From contig LWCA01000015.1 in the NCBI GenBank assembly GCA_001642005.1, positions 23,165-87,164 on the forward strand: a stretch of DNA of 64,000 bases. Direction: 5' to 3'. Each line of letters starts with the position of its first letter. Within the stretch, counting starts at the first letter, position 1. The notes under the pieces are model-generated. The model was not told the origin of the DNA. It ran no database searches and saw only the letters and a list, made by a program, of their open reading frames with translations. Origin of the DNA: Intoshia linei. Its lineage: Eukaryota > Animalia > Orthonectida. The translations under genes were made by a program, and so were the position numbers. Positions 1 to 12,800 of the stretch are shown here, piece after piece.

Positions 1-3000
1 GTCTGCACCTGAACTTTTTACCTCGATAGTTGGAGTAACGTATGAAACAGACGTTGGCGTCGGCACCATAGTGGGGTAATTTATTTATATTGTTAAAGTG
101 ATAAACTATTTAGATCTGCTTTATTCAATATTTTTGTAATTATTGCATTTACTGGTTTATTGTCGAGAGAAGTAAACATAATATATAAATATAAAAATAT
201 ACTTTTAGCTGCTTTGCTTAGATTGGAAACCTTTAGCCCGAGACGCCTTTTTTTACTCATTATCTATTATTTTCTATATAATTTTCAGTTTGGACGGTTA
301 TTTTTACCACTATGAGTCTGTCTGTCTTCTTTTATTATATGTAATATACATAATAATGATGGTATTCAATCCCAGACTAATGACTTGCCTAGGAAAAATA
401 ACATCAAAGTACTATATTTATGAGCTAATTGATTTTTCCATTTAGAACAAAAAAATCTGTTACACCCGGTAACGAAAAAGATGAAAATTTTCAACTTAAA
501 AATAAAGATGAAAAGTCTGATTCGACGCAAAAAGGAATCATAAAACGGGTAAATAAATATTTAATACAATTGGAAAATTATACTTGATAGTTTTCTATGG
601 GACCAGGTGGACATGCTAGACGTTTGTCAATAATTTCTCAAAAATCAGATGGCTATGAGAAAAAGAATAGTCAATCAAAATTAAATTCTGTGGTTACATT
701 GGTATTGTTATATAAAATTTAGTAAATAAAACGCATAACTATTTTAGAAGTCTTCTAAAACTATAACAGCCCTCCAATCTGGTGTACGAATTGAACCTTT
801 AGGAGAAGAAAGCGAGGTAAATTTTAAAAATTAATAATGGCAATTCCAACATAAAATTAGGAAATTAGCGTCATTGAGAATGGAGAAGATTATGATGTCA
901 AATTTTCCAAAGACAATGATATAAATGAAAATAACCAGGAAAAGAACATTGAAGTTGATCAAGAAGTTGAAGGATCACACTCTGAAGAAGAAGGATTACA
1001 GTTGTATTGCTGCAATTGTTGTCCAAGAGTTCGAACAGAAATCCCACTTTCCACAAAAGTGCGTAACGAGGGTGGTGTCTTGAATTGGTTAAAGTTTATC
1101 TTGAGGTGGTTTATTTTTATTGAAGCCTTTCCATTCGTTGTTTTATATTCATGGACAATTCCTGATTGTGAGAATGAAAAATACAAGTTAATTAATATCG
1201 CATAATATTCATTTATATTTAGGAAATATTTTTTGGTTAGTTTTATCGTTTCAGTATTTTGGATCGCTGTCATCAGTTTTGCAATGGTGACCGCTGTAAC
1301 TCGATTAGGTTGTATTTTATCTATAGACGAGTATACAATGGGTCTTGTATTTATAGCCGTGGGAACAAGCGTTCCGGTATAATCTTTATATCGTCCATTA
1401 AACAAATTGTTTAGGATGCCATGAGTTCAATACTCGTAGCCCGTGAAGGGTTTGGAGACATGGCTGTATCAAATGCTATTGGGTCCAACGTTTTTGACAT
1501 CAATCTTGGATTAGGCCTGCCATTCTTAATTAAAATACTTACTGATCTAGGAGCACCTATTGATATGCTTACTTCTCAAGAAAGGGTAATACTTTTTAAC
1601 CTAATCTAAAAGTAGTAATCCAAAACTTTAGACTAGTCATGCCAAAAGACGTTTTCGTGTTAAAAATATACATTATAAAAATTTAATTTAATAAGAAAAA
1701 TAGATTTCATGAGTTAACAAGGTTTACGCGTATGATTAAATTTACAAGCTTTATTACATGGACCCTGTTCATTCCATTGAAAAAATTGATGAAAAATGTT
1801 ACTCATTTTCTCTAATATAGGCAAGAAATGTAGCTTTTGCTTCAACTGGAGGGCTGAGTAACAATTTTTTTATTAGAAAACACCATAAAATAATTTAATA
1901 TTTTAATCTCACAATGCCTACACCACATTTTATTTGGTTACCATCCCTGGTTTAGATTAAACTAAAATTTAGACCATGGTTAGTCAACCGGGGAGGTTGC
2001 GAGAAATTTAAATTATATATATATTTCAAAAAAATTTTTTTTCAATTTTTTATAATTTACAAAATTTATGTACAGTGGTTGTCGATGTAAATCACAACTT
2101 TTTTTAAATTAAAATCAAATTTCAGTTTGATAGTTATAAATGGAAAAATATAATATTTTTTTGTAAAGAACTGAGAAGATATTGACTAAAGTTAAGTGAT
2201 CCGTTAAGTCTCAACGGACTTCTATTTCGATTTAACATATAAAATATAATATGCTACGCAATATTTGTTTGTGTTCTACTTTATTGAAATAACGATTATC
2301 TTAGAATTTTATAAAATCCACATTTCAATTACAGTTTTTTCCGGGACATATAATAAGATAAATTTCAACCTCCCACTCACATCTTACGAGTCAAAAACCC
2401 CAATTGTCCTTATTTTGAAAATCAAACAATAAAATATAAAACTGTTTGTTAGTCTGTTATGATTTATTTCAATAAATAAGTGTCTTAGAGTTTTAAAAAA
2501 TCCATATTTCAGTTAGTTTTTTCGGATGGTAAAATTAACACAAATTTAAATCCCACAAAATTACATCTTACAGGTCAAAAACCTTAATTAATTTTTTTTT
2601 TAAATCAAACGAATCCTAGAATTTAAAAAATATACTCTCTGATACAGATTTTAAAATTATGAACGCTTGTCATAAATTTAAATCTCAAAAAATTATATCT
2701 TCAGGGCCAAAACCACAAATGACCCTTTTTTTAAAAAATAAAAATAGTCCCAAAATTTTAAACTAACTAAAAATTTACAGTTCATACATTATCTACTGAT
2801 ATTACATAAATAAAATTTTGATTTCACAAAATGACGTCTTGACAGTCTAAATAGCACTTTTATAATCAAAATATGTCTTAGACGTGAATACAGAATTATA
2901 TACTAAATTTATATCTTCGTAACCACCTAACTCACGGCTCGGCAACCTTTTGCATCTCGTAGGCCAAATTTTTATATCAAAAAATTTTACGGGTCCCGTT

Positions 3001-4528
3001 TCTGAAAATTTACACATGATACATTTCAATTTTTTAATTATTGAGAAACGATTGTAGTATATAGTTGCCGACCCATGACCTAACTCATTATAACTAACCT
3101 ATTATTACAAATTAATAACAACGGCAAGAAAAGAGGGTTTTTATGGAATTTTTAAACCATATTTTCAAGGAAAATTATTTACTGTTAATTTAAATTATCG
3201 TTTCAAAATTTAAAAATAAAAAATTGTATTCACGTTTGGGAACCATTACTTTAAAATATTGTTTATAGTGAAAAAGTGTACAAGTTTATGTAAGATTTTA
3301 TTTTTTGGCACAATTATAAAAGTCTGCAATCGGCAGAACTAGGTGCTGTTTATCATTATAAAACCTGTAAAACAGTTTTATCAAACAAATAAGAATCAAT
3401 CTATGTAAAATTCAAAATGACTAAATATAGATAAATATTAATAATGGTAAATAGCGAAATAAACACAACAGTTAAGATCCTATATTCTGGCCTTTATTTG
3501 ATACATTAAACCGAAATAGAAGTGCTATTTAATAATTGCATCATATTCGTTGATTTTGAAATGACATTGATGCAATCAGATCAGAACTATCATTCTGGAC
3601 CCTTGCAAATCAAAAATCTGACTTAAGAAATTTTTCGGAAATGAGGCGTAATACTTTATACCCCTAGCCACCACTCCACGGATCTAGACTTGACGGTTTA
3701 TATTTGACACACAAAATAGTTTCGATATAATTATAAAAATATAATTTTTAAATGCTCATTTTGGAAGGATGAGGCTCAATTTTACCAAAATTTCGTTAAT
3801 ACCTAAGAGAAATCTCGTGTACGATAGGCTCGGCTGTAAATACATATATAAATTTTATCTCTAAAGATCTAGAATCTATTTATAATGACTATAATTGCGG
3901 AAACATCATTAACTTTATTTTATCTGTAACTAATTTAAACCTGATAAAATCTTTTATGAATCCTAAAAAACTTATGTGGACCCCTTTAATAATGTTTTGT
4001 GTATATTACTTTGTCATGTATTATTCAAAAACTCATAATAACAAGCAATATGAACGTTTAATAGTTTTTATTTAAAAAAATTACATTATGTTAACAAGGG
4101 TGTTAGTATGGGGAAAATTTCATATTAACGGAAATGCTAAGGACTTAGACTGTATTAGTGTACATTTTTAACTCGGTCTGTTGGCCAGTTATTATGACCC
4201 ATTTAGAGGCCTAACAAAGGCCTCTAAACTTCTGTACGTTTTAATAATTTTTTGATTATAAAAAACAACATAATCCTCGACTATATACTGTGTTAATAAT
4301 TTTTTTTAGGCAGATTACGTAAGAGGAATATTACCAATCCTCCCCCATGTAAAATTTGGACTAATACTTTTGCTGCTACTTTTAGTTACATTGGCAATCT
4401 TCATAATCAACCGATTTGTACTTTCAAAAACATTATCATTCATATTCCTGGTAATCTATGTTCTATTCCTCATATACGCATTCATTCAAGAAATATACTG
4501 CAGACGCACACTTGGCATATACTGCTAA
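1..4528 (+). CDS. K+-dependent Na+/Ca2+ exchanger (NCKX/SLC24 family), multi-exon, 5' part outside the window
   Basis: Spliced translation gives the alpha-1 repeat [12 protein letters not shown]...[15 protein letters not shown] and the alpha-2 repeat [34 protein letters not shown]. Micro-introns at e.g. 76-113 and 172-208. A 2.7 kb repeat-filled intron spans 1586-4309. The last exon 4310-4528 is hydrophobic and ends in TAA. Confidence 0.9.
2235..3370 (+). repeat. Helitron-family fragments in the large NCKX intron
   Basis: TATGCTACGCAATATTTGTTTGTGT...TCTTAGAATTTTATAAAATCC matches 34836-35050 and 60039 onward. Further copies at about 24880-25640, 29230-29470, 30550-30923, 41900-42410(-), 46100-46463, 47000-47910(-) and 51340-52050. 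Confidence 0.75.
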
Positions 4529-4625
4529 CAAAATCATATCGGTAGTATGAACCAAAACATGTATTAATATCAAAATTACCAATTCAAAATTTATTATATT
4601 ACAATATCCGCTTAATTAAATATAC

Positions 4626-6033
4626 TTATTTTTCACTTTCGAAAAAAACTTGACGTGTATCTAAACTTGCTAAATCAAGTAATGCAATGCTTTTTGTATT
4701 ATAAAATGGTGGTATGGAAATTAATTTTAAATTGGGAACGTGTTTAGAGAATCTAGATGCGAAAAAAGGTTGATTACCAGCAAAATATACATTGGGAAGG
4801 GTTTGAATAATAAATGCATCCTGACAAACAGGTATAGATTCTAGAGAATCTGGAGATCCAGGTGATAAATGGCCATATAGCAAATGTTTGTCCATGGCAT
4901 TTAAAATATTTTCATGGGTAATATATTGATCTGAATCATAACTATCGGCAGTGTGAGCTAATGTATCATATACGTTTTCTCCCGATGTACCCATAAACCT
5001 AACTTGTTGTTCACTTTCGAGATTAAACTGGCAAGGGTTAGACAACATTGAATTTGTATTTAATTTGGAAACATGTGGCATAACCGAACTATTAATAGGT
5101 CTTTGCGGAAAAACAGAGTCACTAATGTCATTAATTCCAGGCATAATGTAAATAGGTTTCATAGTACCCAAATAAGAGAGAAAATAGTCACAATTGTGGG
5201 AATGTTCCAGTAATTGGGTAGTTCTTATACTAGTATTAAAATTGATATTTGTTATTAAATTTCCGGCAACAACTATTCCAACAATATTAGATTCTGAACG
5301 TAACATAAATAAGCCTAAAAATAATATAGCTGAATAATAAACATAAAACTCATTAAATCCATAGCTATTTGGTCAAATTTATCGGATCCAAATGCAAGTC
5401 CACTAACAAATGCAAGATATTTTCTATTTGGTTTAATGGGAATGTGAGTTATTTCACAAACGGAGTTTCTAAATATAAATTGTTTGACATCAAATTTTCC
5501 ATTGCTATTTTTTCTTCCAACCACACCCACCACTACCCCGTTGATTAAATTAAGAATGTCAGATTCAGAAGCATTTAAAGATATTCGTTGTGTACAATCT
5601 TCCAAAGATAAAGAATCAGATTCATGTATCACTGAAGCTTGAAAAGAAATTTTATCTTTTTTAACTAATATTATATTAATTAAAATTGAAAATGAAATGT
5701 ACCTGGACCAAAAAGATGGTCAAAAATTAAATCATTTTTATTAAACTTTTGACCCGACATTTCTAGTTCCATAAATATGTCTTTTAATACACTAGGATTC
5801 AACGTCATGTGTTTGCAAATGATACCAAGCGTCACACACTCATTCTCAATTTCCAATTCATCCAATAGTTTAATTTCGATTGATGGAAACATTATCTTGC
5901 AATTTTCTTCAATTTTTCGCCTCATTGTATCAATCCTAGCATTATAAATGGCATAAAACTGAGGGGCTCTCTCATTGTCATGAATCATAAACTGACCGCA
6001 TTCATTTGTAAATGCATATTCAACTGTGTCCAT
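4626..6033 (-). CDS. POLD2: DNA polymerase delta small subunit (p50), 3 exons
   Basis: ORFs 5680-6033, 5315-5632 and 4626-5306 join through short GT-AG introns. Motifs QFYAIYNARI, LSLEDCTQRI, GVVVGVVG, FVSGLAFG, MPGINDISDSVFPQRPI, GTSGENVYD, LPNVYFAGNQ. Confidence 0.92.
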
Positions 6034-6108
6034 ATTTTGAAGTAAACCTAACTTTAAAATTTGCGATTGACAACATTGATATTTTAATTATATTTCAATA
6101 TTTTAACA

Positions 6109-8369
6109 ATGGATAAAAATTTTCAAAATGTATATGCAAAATACACCGAAAAGGCGGACGTGAAAAAGTTTTCGGAAGAATCAGGTAAAAATGGTCAATT
6201 AGATATGGTTATAATTTTCCTAGGATGGAAAATACAATCAATAACTAAGTATATGGGCTATTTCAAAAAGGGGCGAACAATAGCTACTGCAATAAACACT
6301 AAATGCGATAAAAAATTTCTAAACATTGAATCTCCAAAAAATTGCATCATTACCAAAATGTTAAAAAAAAATGGCGATTCTTATTCTCTTCTGTAAACAC
6401 ATTATTGACCTAAATTTAAAAACGTTTTAGAGAAGATATCGCAATCATGAAAGAATGTCCGCATGAAATTGTCGTTAATGATTTATGTGCCACCTGCGGT
6501 ATTGACATGTCAAAGTAGTTTTTTTTTTCTAGTTTATATTATGTAGTAGGTACAACGATAACATGATTTCCATGATTCACGACAACCCGCGTATTAAATT
6601 TGCAGAAAAGGTAAACAGTCGATAACATTATTAGTTGGTTTTAGTACGCTGAACAAGTAGCTACCAAGGAGAAAAATATTTTGTTAAAGGACAAAAAACT
6701 CATTTTACTGTTAGATTTAGATCAAACCATCATTCACACTACAAATTTAAAAATGTCTACAAATTTAAAAATGTCTACAAATATGCAAGTCTTTTGATTT
6801 ATAAATTTTTGTATGCCTGATATTTAGGGAATTTATAGATTTTCAATGAAATCACCCAACGAAAGTTTTTATAGAAAATATTACACAAAGTTGCGATATG
6901 GACTTGATCCATTTTTAAAAATGCTGCACCAATATTATCAACTTCATATTTGGACCTTTGGTACTCGTAACTATGCTAGCCATATAGTAAAATTTATCGA
7001 CCCACAAGGAACGTATTTTTCAGATCGCATACTTTCGCGAGACGAACTCGTTAACCAGGAATCGAAATCGGATAATTTAAAGTATATCACATTTATATAA
7101 GTCATCAAATGTGGGAATATTTATATCATTCATGAAAAATAAAAAATCGTTTGTTTTAGGCGGCCAGCTAATACAGAGGTTTGGAAGCATATACTTTTCG
7201 AAGGCCGCACTAACGTCTCAAAAACATTTAATCAAATACAGCTGTGCTTCTCATGGGGGTGAATACGAAAATTTTAGATGAATGGGGGTGAATTATAAAT
7301 TTTTAGCATTTTTTATTCAATTTAGTAAAATCTGATGAGAAAAAACCTAATTTTACCAACCCCTAAGGGAAAATACCGGTTTTACCAATATTTTTCTGAA
7401 AAATCTCATTTCACTAAAAAATAATATAAATAAAATAATTTTAAATGAAAAATAATTCAAACCCACCTCTGAGCTAATACATTCGATAAGTGTAACTTAC
7501 GGTACATTTTATTTTATAGGCTATTGTTTCCTTCCGGTTACGAACTAGTTGTTATTGTGGATGATGTTTCTAACATTTGGAATGAATCGCCCAATTTACT
7601 CAAGGCTCTACCTTTCACCTTTTTCAAAGATGATTCTCAGACAACTAACCAAGAAATTGCCAATTTTACTGAAAATAATAATTCAAATGGGCATGACGGC
7701 TTAAAATATTACCCATTGAAAAAATACTATTTACCTTCATTGACTCAGACTTTAGTAAAAATTCACAATTTATATTTCAAGGAAAGAGGAAAATACAAAA
7801 AAATTCTCAATGTAGCCGACTGTATCAAATTATATAGAAAATCAATGTTAAAGGGTATGACATTTTTAATTGCGTACCATTTTGAAGAATGTAACATTAT
7901 TGAACAATTTTATGTATATAAATGGATAATTAGTTTAGGTGGAACTGTTTCAAAACTAGTTAACGACAAAATAACCCATATAATAATACCAATACTCCAA
8001 AAAGATAAATTTTTAAATCGAGACATGTTACAGTCGGCAGTAACACATAATAAAAATGGAGGTAAAATAAGCATTATCTCTGAAAAATGGATATCTCTGT
8101 GTTACATGTTCAATATTATCGTCGAAAACGAAAATGTTACCGATTTATTTCCCACTGTGCCAGATTACATGCAAGATTATAGTAAAATTGAAACCAAACG
8201 AAACGTCAACAATACAAAAAAATGCTCTCAAAATCCAGTCCAAATAAAAAAACAAAAAAACAACTCTAACCATGAAACAGTGGATAAGAATTCTACTTTT
8301 GAAAGCGAATATGACAAATACGAAAGAGAAATGATGGAGTATCTTAGTTCTACTGACGAAGAAGATTAA
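6109..8369 (+). CDS. CTDP1: RNA polymerase II CTD phosphatase FCP1, multi-exon
   Basis: CPHEIVVNDLCATCG, catalytic LLLDLDQTIIHT (about 6705-6740), TKLRYG, IDPQGTYFSDRILSRDE, LFPSGYELVVIVDD and a BRCT-like C-terminal region (LGGTVSK...ITHII...SEKWI). Confidence 0.92.
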
Positions 8370-8417
8370 CTCATTGTAAATATGTAAATTTTAATAAATT
8401 TATTAAAAATTTTTAAT

Positions 8418-9152
8418 TTAACCTAATCGTCTACCTCCTCCGGTAAAATATTGGTTGTTTTGATTGTGTTGATTAAATCTAGTAAAGATTTGTTGGAAAA
8501 TGTCTGGATAAGGTAGATATGTATTTGGTGATGTAACACCCATTGAATTTACAGATTTATAATTTGTCGGGAAAATAACTGCCAAACAGTAATATAAATG
8601 TCCGCTAAGAATTGCCAATATATCTGAAACAATATTTCCACCGCCAATAACCAGATTCAATCCCATCAGAACAAATGGAAAGTACATGGCTTTGAATTTT
8701 ACACCAAACCAAAACGTGACAATAATATTTGCATTGTATTTTGACCAAATGTAAATCATTGCCATTATCAATGAAGGACATGTAATTAACGGGTTTCCTA
8801 TTAATAGAGCCAATGTTGTAATAATTATCCAATTGAAAAATAACAAGTAAAAATATTGATCCGGGCGACTATCTGGAAATATTTTTTCGCATTGGGTTGA
8901 ATAGGTATATAAAAAATACATGTTTAACAAGAATGAAAATCCACTCACGGGTAAAAACAATGCCGAAGTCAAAAACCTCCATATCTCGAAATCTTTGTAT
9001 ATCGAATCCCAGTACAAAACTAAAGTGTAAGGATTGATGATTCCAAATCTAGTCATCAAAGACAAACCAAGTACACTGAAAACAAAGTATCTTGTTACGG
9101 GCGGTATGAAAGATAAATCAAAACCTCCAGCCTCTTCGTTTCGTCTGTTCAT
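8418..9152 (-). CDS. DERL1: Derlin-1-like ERAD rhomboid pseudoprotease, single exon
   Basis: IPPVTRY, EIWRFLTS, FLYTYS, VTFWFGVKFKAMYFPFVL, GHLYY and a C-terminal SHP-box-like GGGRRLG. First in-frame ATG is at 9152. Confidence 0.9.
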   Translation of the reverse strand: MNRRNEEAGGFDLSFIPPVTRYFVFSVLGLSLMTRFGIINPYTLVLYWDSIYKDFEIWRFLTSALFLPVSGFSFLLNMYFLYTYSTQCEKIFPDSRPDQYFYLLFFNWIIITTLALLIGNPLITCPSLIMAMIYIWSKYNANIIVTFWFGVKFKAMYFPFVLMGLNLVIGGGNIVSDILAILSGHLYYCLAVIFPTNYKSVNSMGVTSPNTYLPYPDIFQQIFTRFNQHNQNNQYFTGGGRRLG

Positions 9153-9329
9153 TTTATAGAAATTATTCAAAATAAATTTATTTAAACTAAATTGTTTGGT
9201 AACGTTGGATCTTTTGTACTCGCAGTTTGTTCGTCTACAATTATGGAAATTATTTACAATTGTTAATTTACTATTCTAAATATCAATATCTCCCTATTCT
9301 ATAGCCAAATTTTAACGATTTTACTGCAA

Positions 9330-9812
9330 GGATTATCGATTCAAATAGTTTATGTACCCCATTTCAAAATATTTATTTTTTTTGATCTCGAAACCTGAAA
9401 TATAAAAAAATTAAAGAATTTTATATCATAAGATTTGGTAAAATCGTGTTTTAAAAAAAATATTGGAAAAAGGGGATTTTTCCATTCAGGGTTAATAAAA
9501 TAAAATTTTTATTTTGGGTTTTGGATTAGGAAATTGTAGCTCATAATATTTGGTGAAATCGTATTTTTTAAAAAAATATTGTAAAAAGAGGATTTTTCCA
9601 TTAAACTTTTGTAAAATTAGATTTTTATTTAGGGGTTTGATTGATAAGTAGATTTTTCAAAAATTATCGATAAAAATGGTTTTTCCCTGAGAATTTGAAA
9701 TGGTATTTTTTATTAAATTTTATTAATAGTTGGATAAAATTGGGATTTTTGAAATAATAATGTAACGGTATTATAGTATTTGGGATAAATTCCCAACATT
9801 TGGCAACTCTGT
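9330..9812. repeat. Dispersed repeat with internal degenerate tandem units of about 100-120 bp and a hAT-like end
   Basis: Shares start CGATTCAAATAGT and end CAACAT.TGGCAACTC.GTA with 14170-14575. The unit AAAAAATATTGGAAAAAGGGGATTTTTCC recurs at 20780-21380 and, reversed, at 7300-7420. Confidence 0.7.
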
Positions 9813-9883
9813 ATAAATATTAAAAATTCTCCTATAAAAATAAAGAAAAGTTGATAAATTTTTTTTAATATTTTATTGAAATC

Positions 9884-12800
9884 TCACATAGCCCAGGTAT
9901 ATAGTTTTGGATCCCAATCGGGAACCACTGGTTTACTGGCATTATCAACAAAAAATAGATAGGCGTTTTATATTATTTCTATTTTACCAAATTTGAAAAC
10001 GAGTTTTTGTAAAACGAATAAAATTATCAAAAAAGTCGCATTTAAAAAATTTAAATAATTTTATGAGTTGATTGCAAATTACAATCCATAGTCTGAATCA
10101 ATGGTTCTAAACTTTTTATTAAAGTTGTTCTTAAACTTTAAAATTGTATTTTTTGTAGAAAAATTAAAATCATAACTCAACAAGTAAATACATAAGGCTT
10201 AGACCATCTCATCATCAAAAATTTAAAATGTACCCCAAGGTTGTGAATACCCCCAGTTTGAGAACCACTGCTCTAACCAACAGTTATTAAGAACATTTGA
10301 CAATATTATGCACCTTCTTTACATTGCTCTGACTTCTTTGGATCGAGTTTAATGGTTGAATCTATTTTCAAAAACTTCAAAACCTGTCCTGTATCTGGAG
10401 TAGATCCACCCAAGTCTTCAATATTGCTCATTGACAATGGAGTGGTATTGAAGTTATCATTAAAGTATGCCATTTTATCAGATACAAATTTTAGTTTCTA
10501 AATAAAATTGATTTTAAAAGTTTTGGTATGTTATATTTTACTAAACCTCCTGATTTAATTCAATTTTTTCCTTATTGAGCAAGTTTCTATCTTGTAAAAA
10601 TTCTTCATATTGTTCTTTAAAAACTTGTCTTTTAATACTCATTTCTTTATTAATATTTTCATCTTTTCCTTGTTCTCTCAAATTCTAAAAAATTTAATAA
10701 ATTATAATTTATAATATATTATTATATTTTCATTACACTCGTAACGGCTGTGGTCGTCACGTTTTTTTAGGCTAAGTCCATCAACATAAAAAGGTTCCAA
10801 GAAAAAATTATATTTAATTGTAAAAGACACCGAATATTATACTACCTCAAAAACCTGTTGTAAAAAAATCAAAGAATCTCGCGCCACCCTTTTTACAAAC
10901 ACTCATTACATGGGTAATTCATTTTATTAATTAATACTTCAATTATATTTTCTTGTTCCTTAATTACCCCTACAGCTTCAAACCTCCATTGTTTTTCATT
11001 TTCTCCGGATACTGCCATTTCTTCAGTAGTTTCACACAGTTCTTTTAATTCTAATTTAAAATTTAACGATCAAGTTAAGTTTTGAATCATAACTTCTATT
11101 TTTTTAAAGCGTAAGTTTAAAATGGTTAAATTAATACAATTTTTAATTAGTGATAGTGTATTTTATATTAAACAAATTATTTTTTTTCATCACTACTTTT
11201 AAATGAGATCATTTAAAGAATGACAGAGCCACGTCACCATCACCTCACCGAGCTGATCTAACTGACCCTTTGTGAAACTTCATATAGGTCGTTTTGAAAT
11301 TTTCCCAATGTTTATATTATGCTATATATGTTCTGTATTAAATACGTTGTATTTATTAATAATTATAACAAATACTTATATAATTATAGTCCTAAGGAAT
11401 TATATGAATTTGGGAAAAAAAAAAAGTTTTCGAAAAGAAAATAATAAGATAACCGATTATTTTAATATACTAATAATATAATGTAGATTAAATTATTTTT
11501 CATCACATATTATGTAAAAACTAAGATGTAATTGTCTTGTCTCAATATTCCTGTATTTCTCAAATTTTCAATTCTATTAATACTTTTTTTAATACTAAAA
11601 GCCTGTTTCTAAATAAATGATTATTTTTTTGATGTATCTCAAAAACGAATTATCAACTTTCTGATTAAATACTATCATTGTTCAATTAATTTAATAGATA
11701 ACAGAATTGTATCACCACCCTCAGTTTTTAGGGCACTTTTCAAAAAAGTGCCCCAAAACCGAGATATACTGTATAATATAAATACTATATTGGAAAATAT
11801 GAGGCCCAATTTACATAACATTTCTCAGAGCTCCCGAGGAGGTGTCTCAGGTACAGTAGTTTCGGCTCTGTTACACTATGAGGATAAGTAGCCCTATGCA
11901 GCCTATTAAAAATTGTTATTTTCAATATAAATGTACACCTGTCTTGCATGTCAAGAAAAATATGCAATATTTTGAAATAAAAATTACCACTAAATCATTT
12001 ATAATAATATTTATTCCTCGTTAATTACAAATGATATATTTTAAAGCAATCCATGCATAAGAATATATCGCATTTTATTGCTGTTAGATGATGTTTTATT
12101 CCGTTACTAACACATTTTCGACATCTACCTCTTTTTTTGGAGTTGATTGGATAGTGGTGTTGGAGCTTATCATACATTTCTTGGTCATCTTCTTTATCTT
12201 CCTCAAATTCAACTATAATCTCGGATTCTATACAATTAATTAGCTAAAAATATAGCATTCGCCAATACAGTGCCTACTTTCCTCCTACACACTATATTAA
12301 TCTTTTTCCATCTACCCTAATACCACCTAAAATCACATTTTACTGATTATTTTTAATATTTCTACTTGTATACACGTTGATAAGAATTCTGTTTTTTAGT
12401 TCTTTGTACGTATACTATTCGTTTTGTAAATAATTCAAATCAGCTTTCATGTTTCAAGTCAAGATCAACTTCAAGTTTCACATTATTAACTTTATAGTGG
12501 TTTTTAATGGGAATGTGTAGGGTGCCAAAGACTTATGTCGCGCACTGTATATACGTTATTAATTTCATGTGAAAAACAATAAAATACTCGTTCGTTTCAA
12601 AAGCATTAAAGCCTTATTAAACTAATAACTGTTCTGTTTTGTAAAATTCCAGAATCAACGCATTAGTAGTGAAATGCAGTGCTTGTAAATACTCTTTTGA
12701 AAAATATTTATTAGATGTATTATAATATTATTAATAATGCATTATTTTTAATAACAATACTTATATTCTTAGTCAGAATTAGTAAGAATGTCAAATTTTA

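Noticed and set aside
959-1405. 148-aa minus-strand ORF
   Set aside because: Antisense shadow of NCKX exons. The same applies to 17829-18323, 21890-22597, 27622-27804, 43502-44048, 50593-50814 and 61145-61366 over their respective genes or elements.
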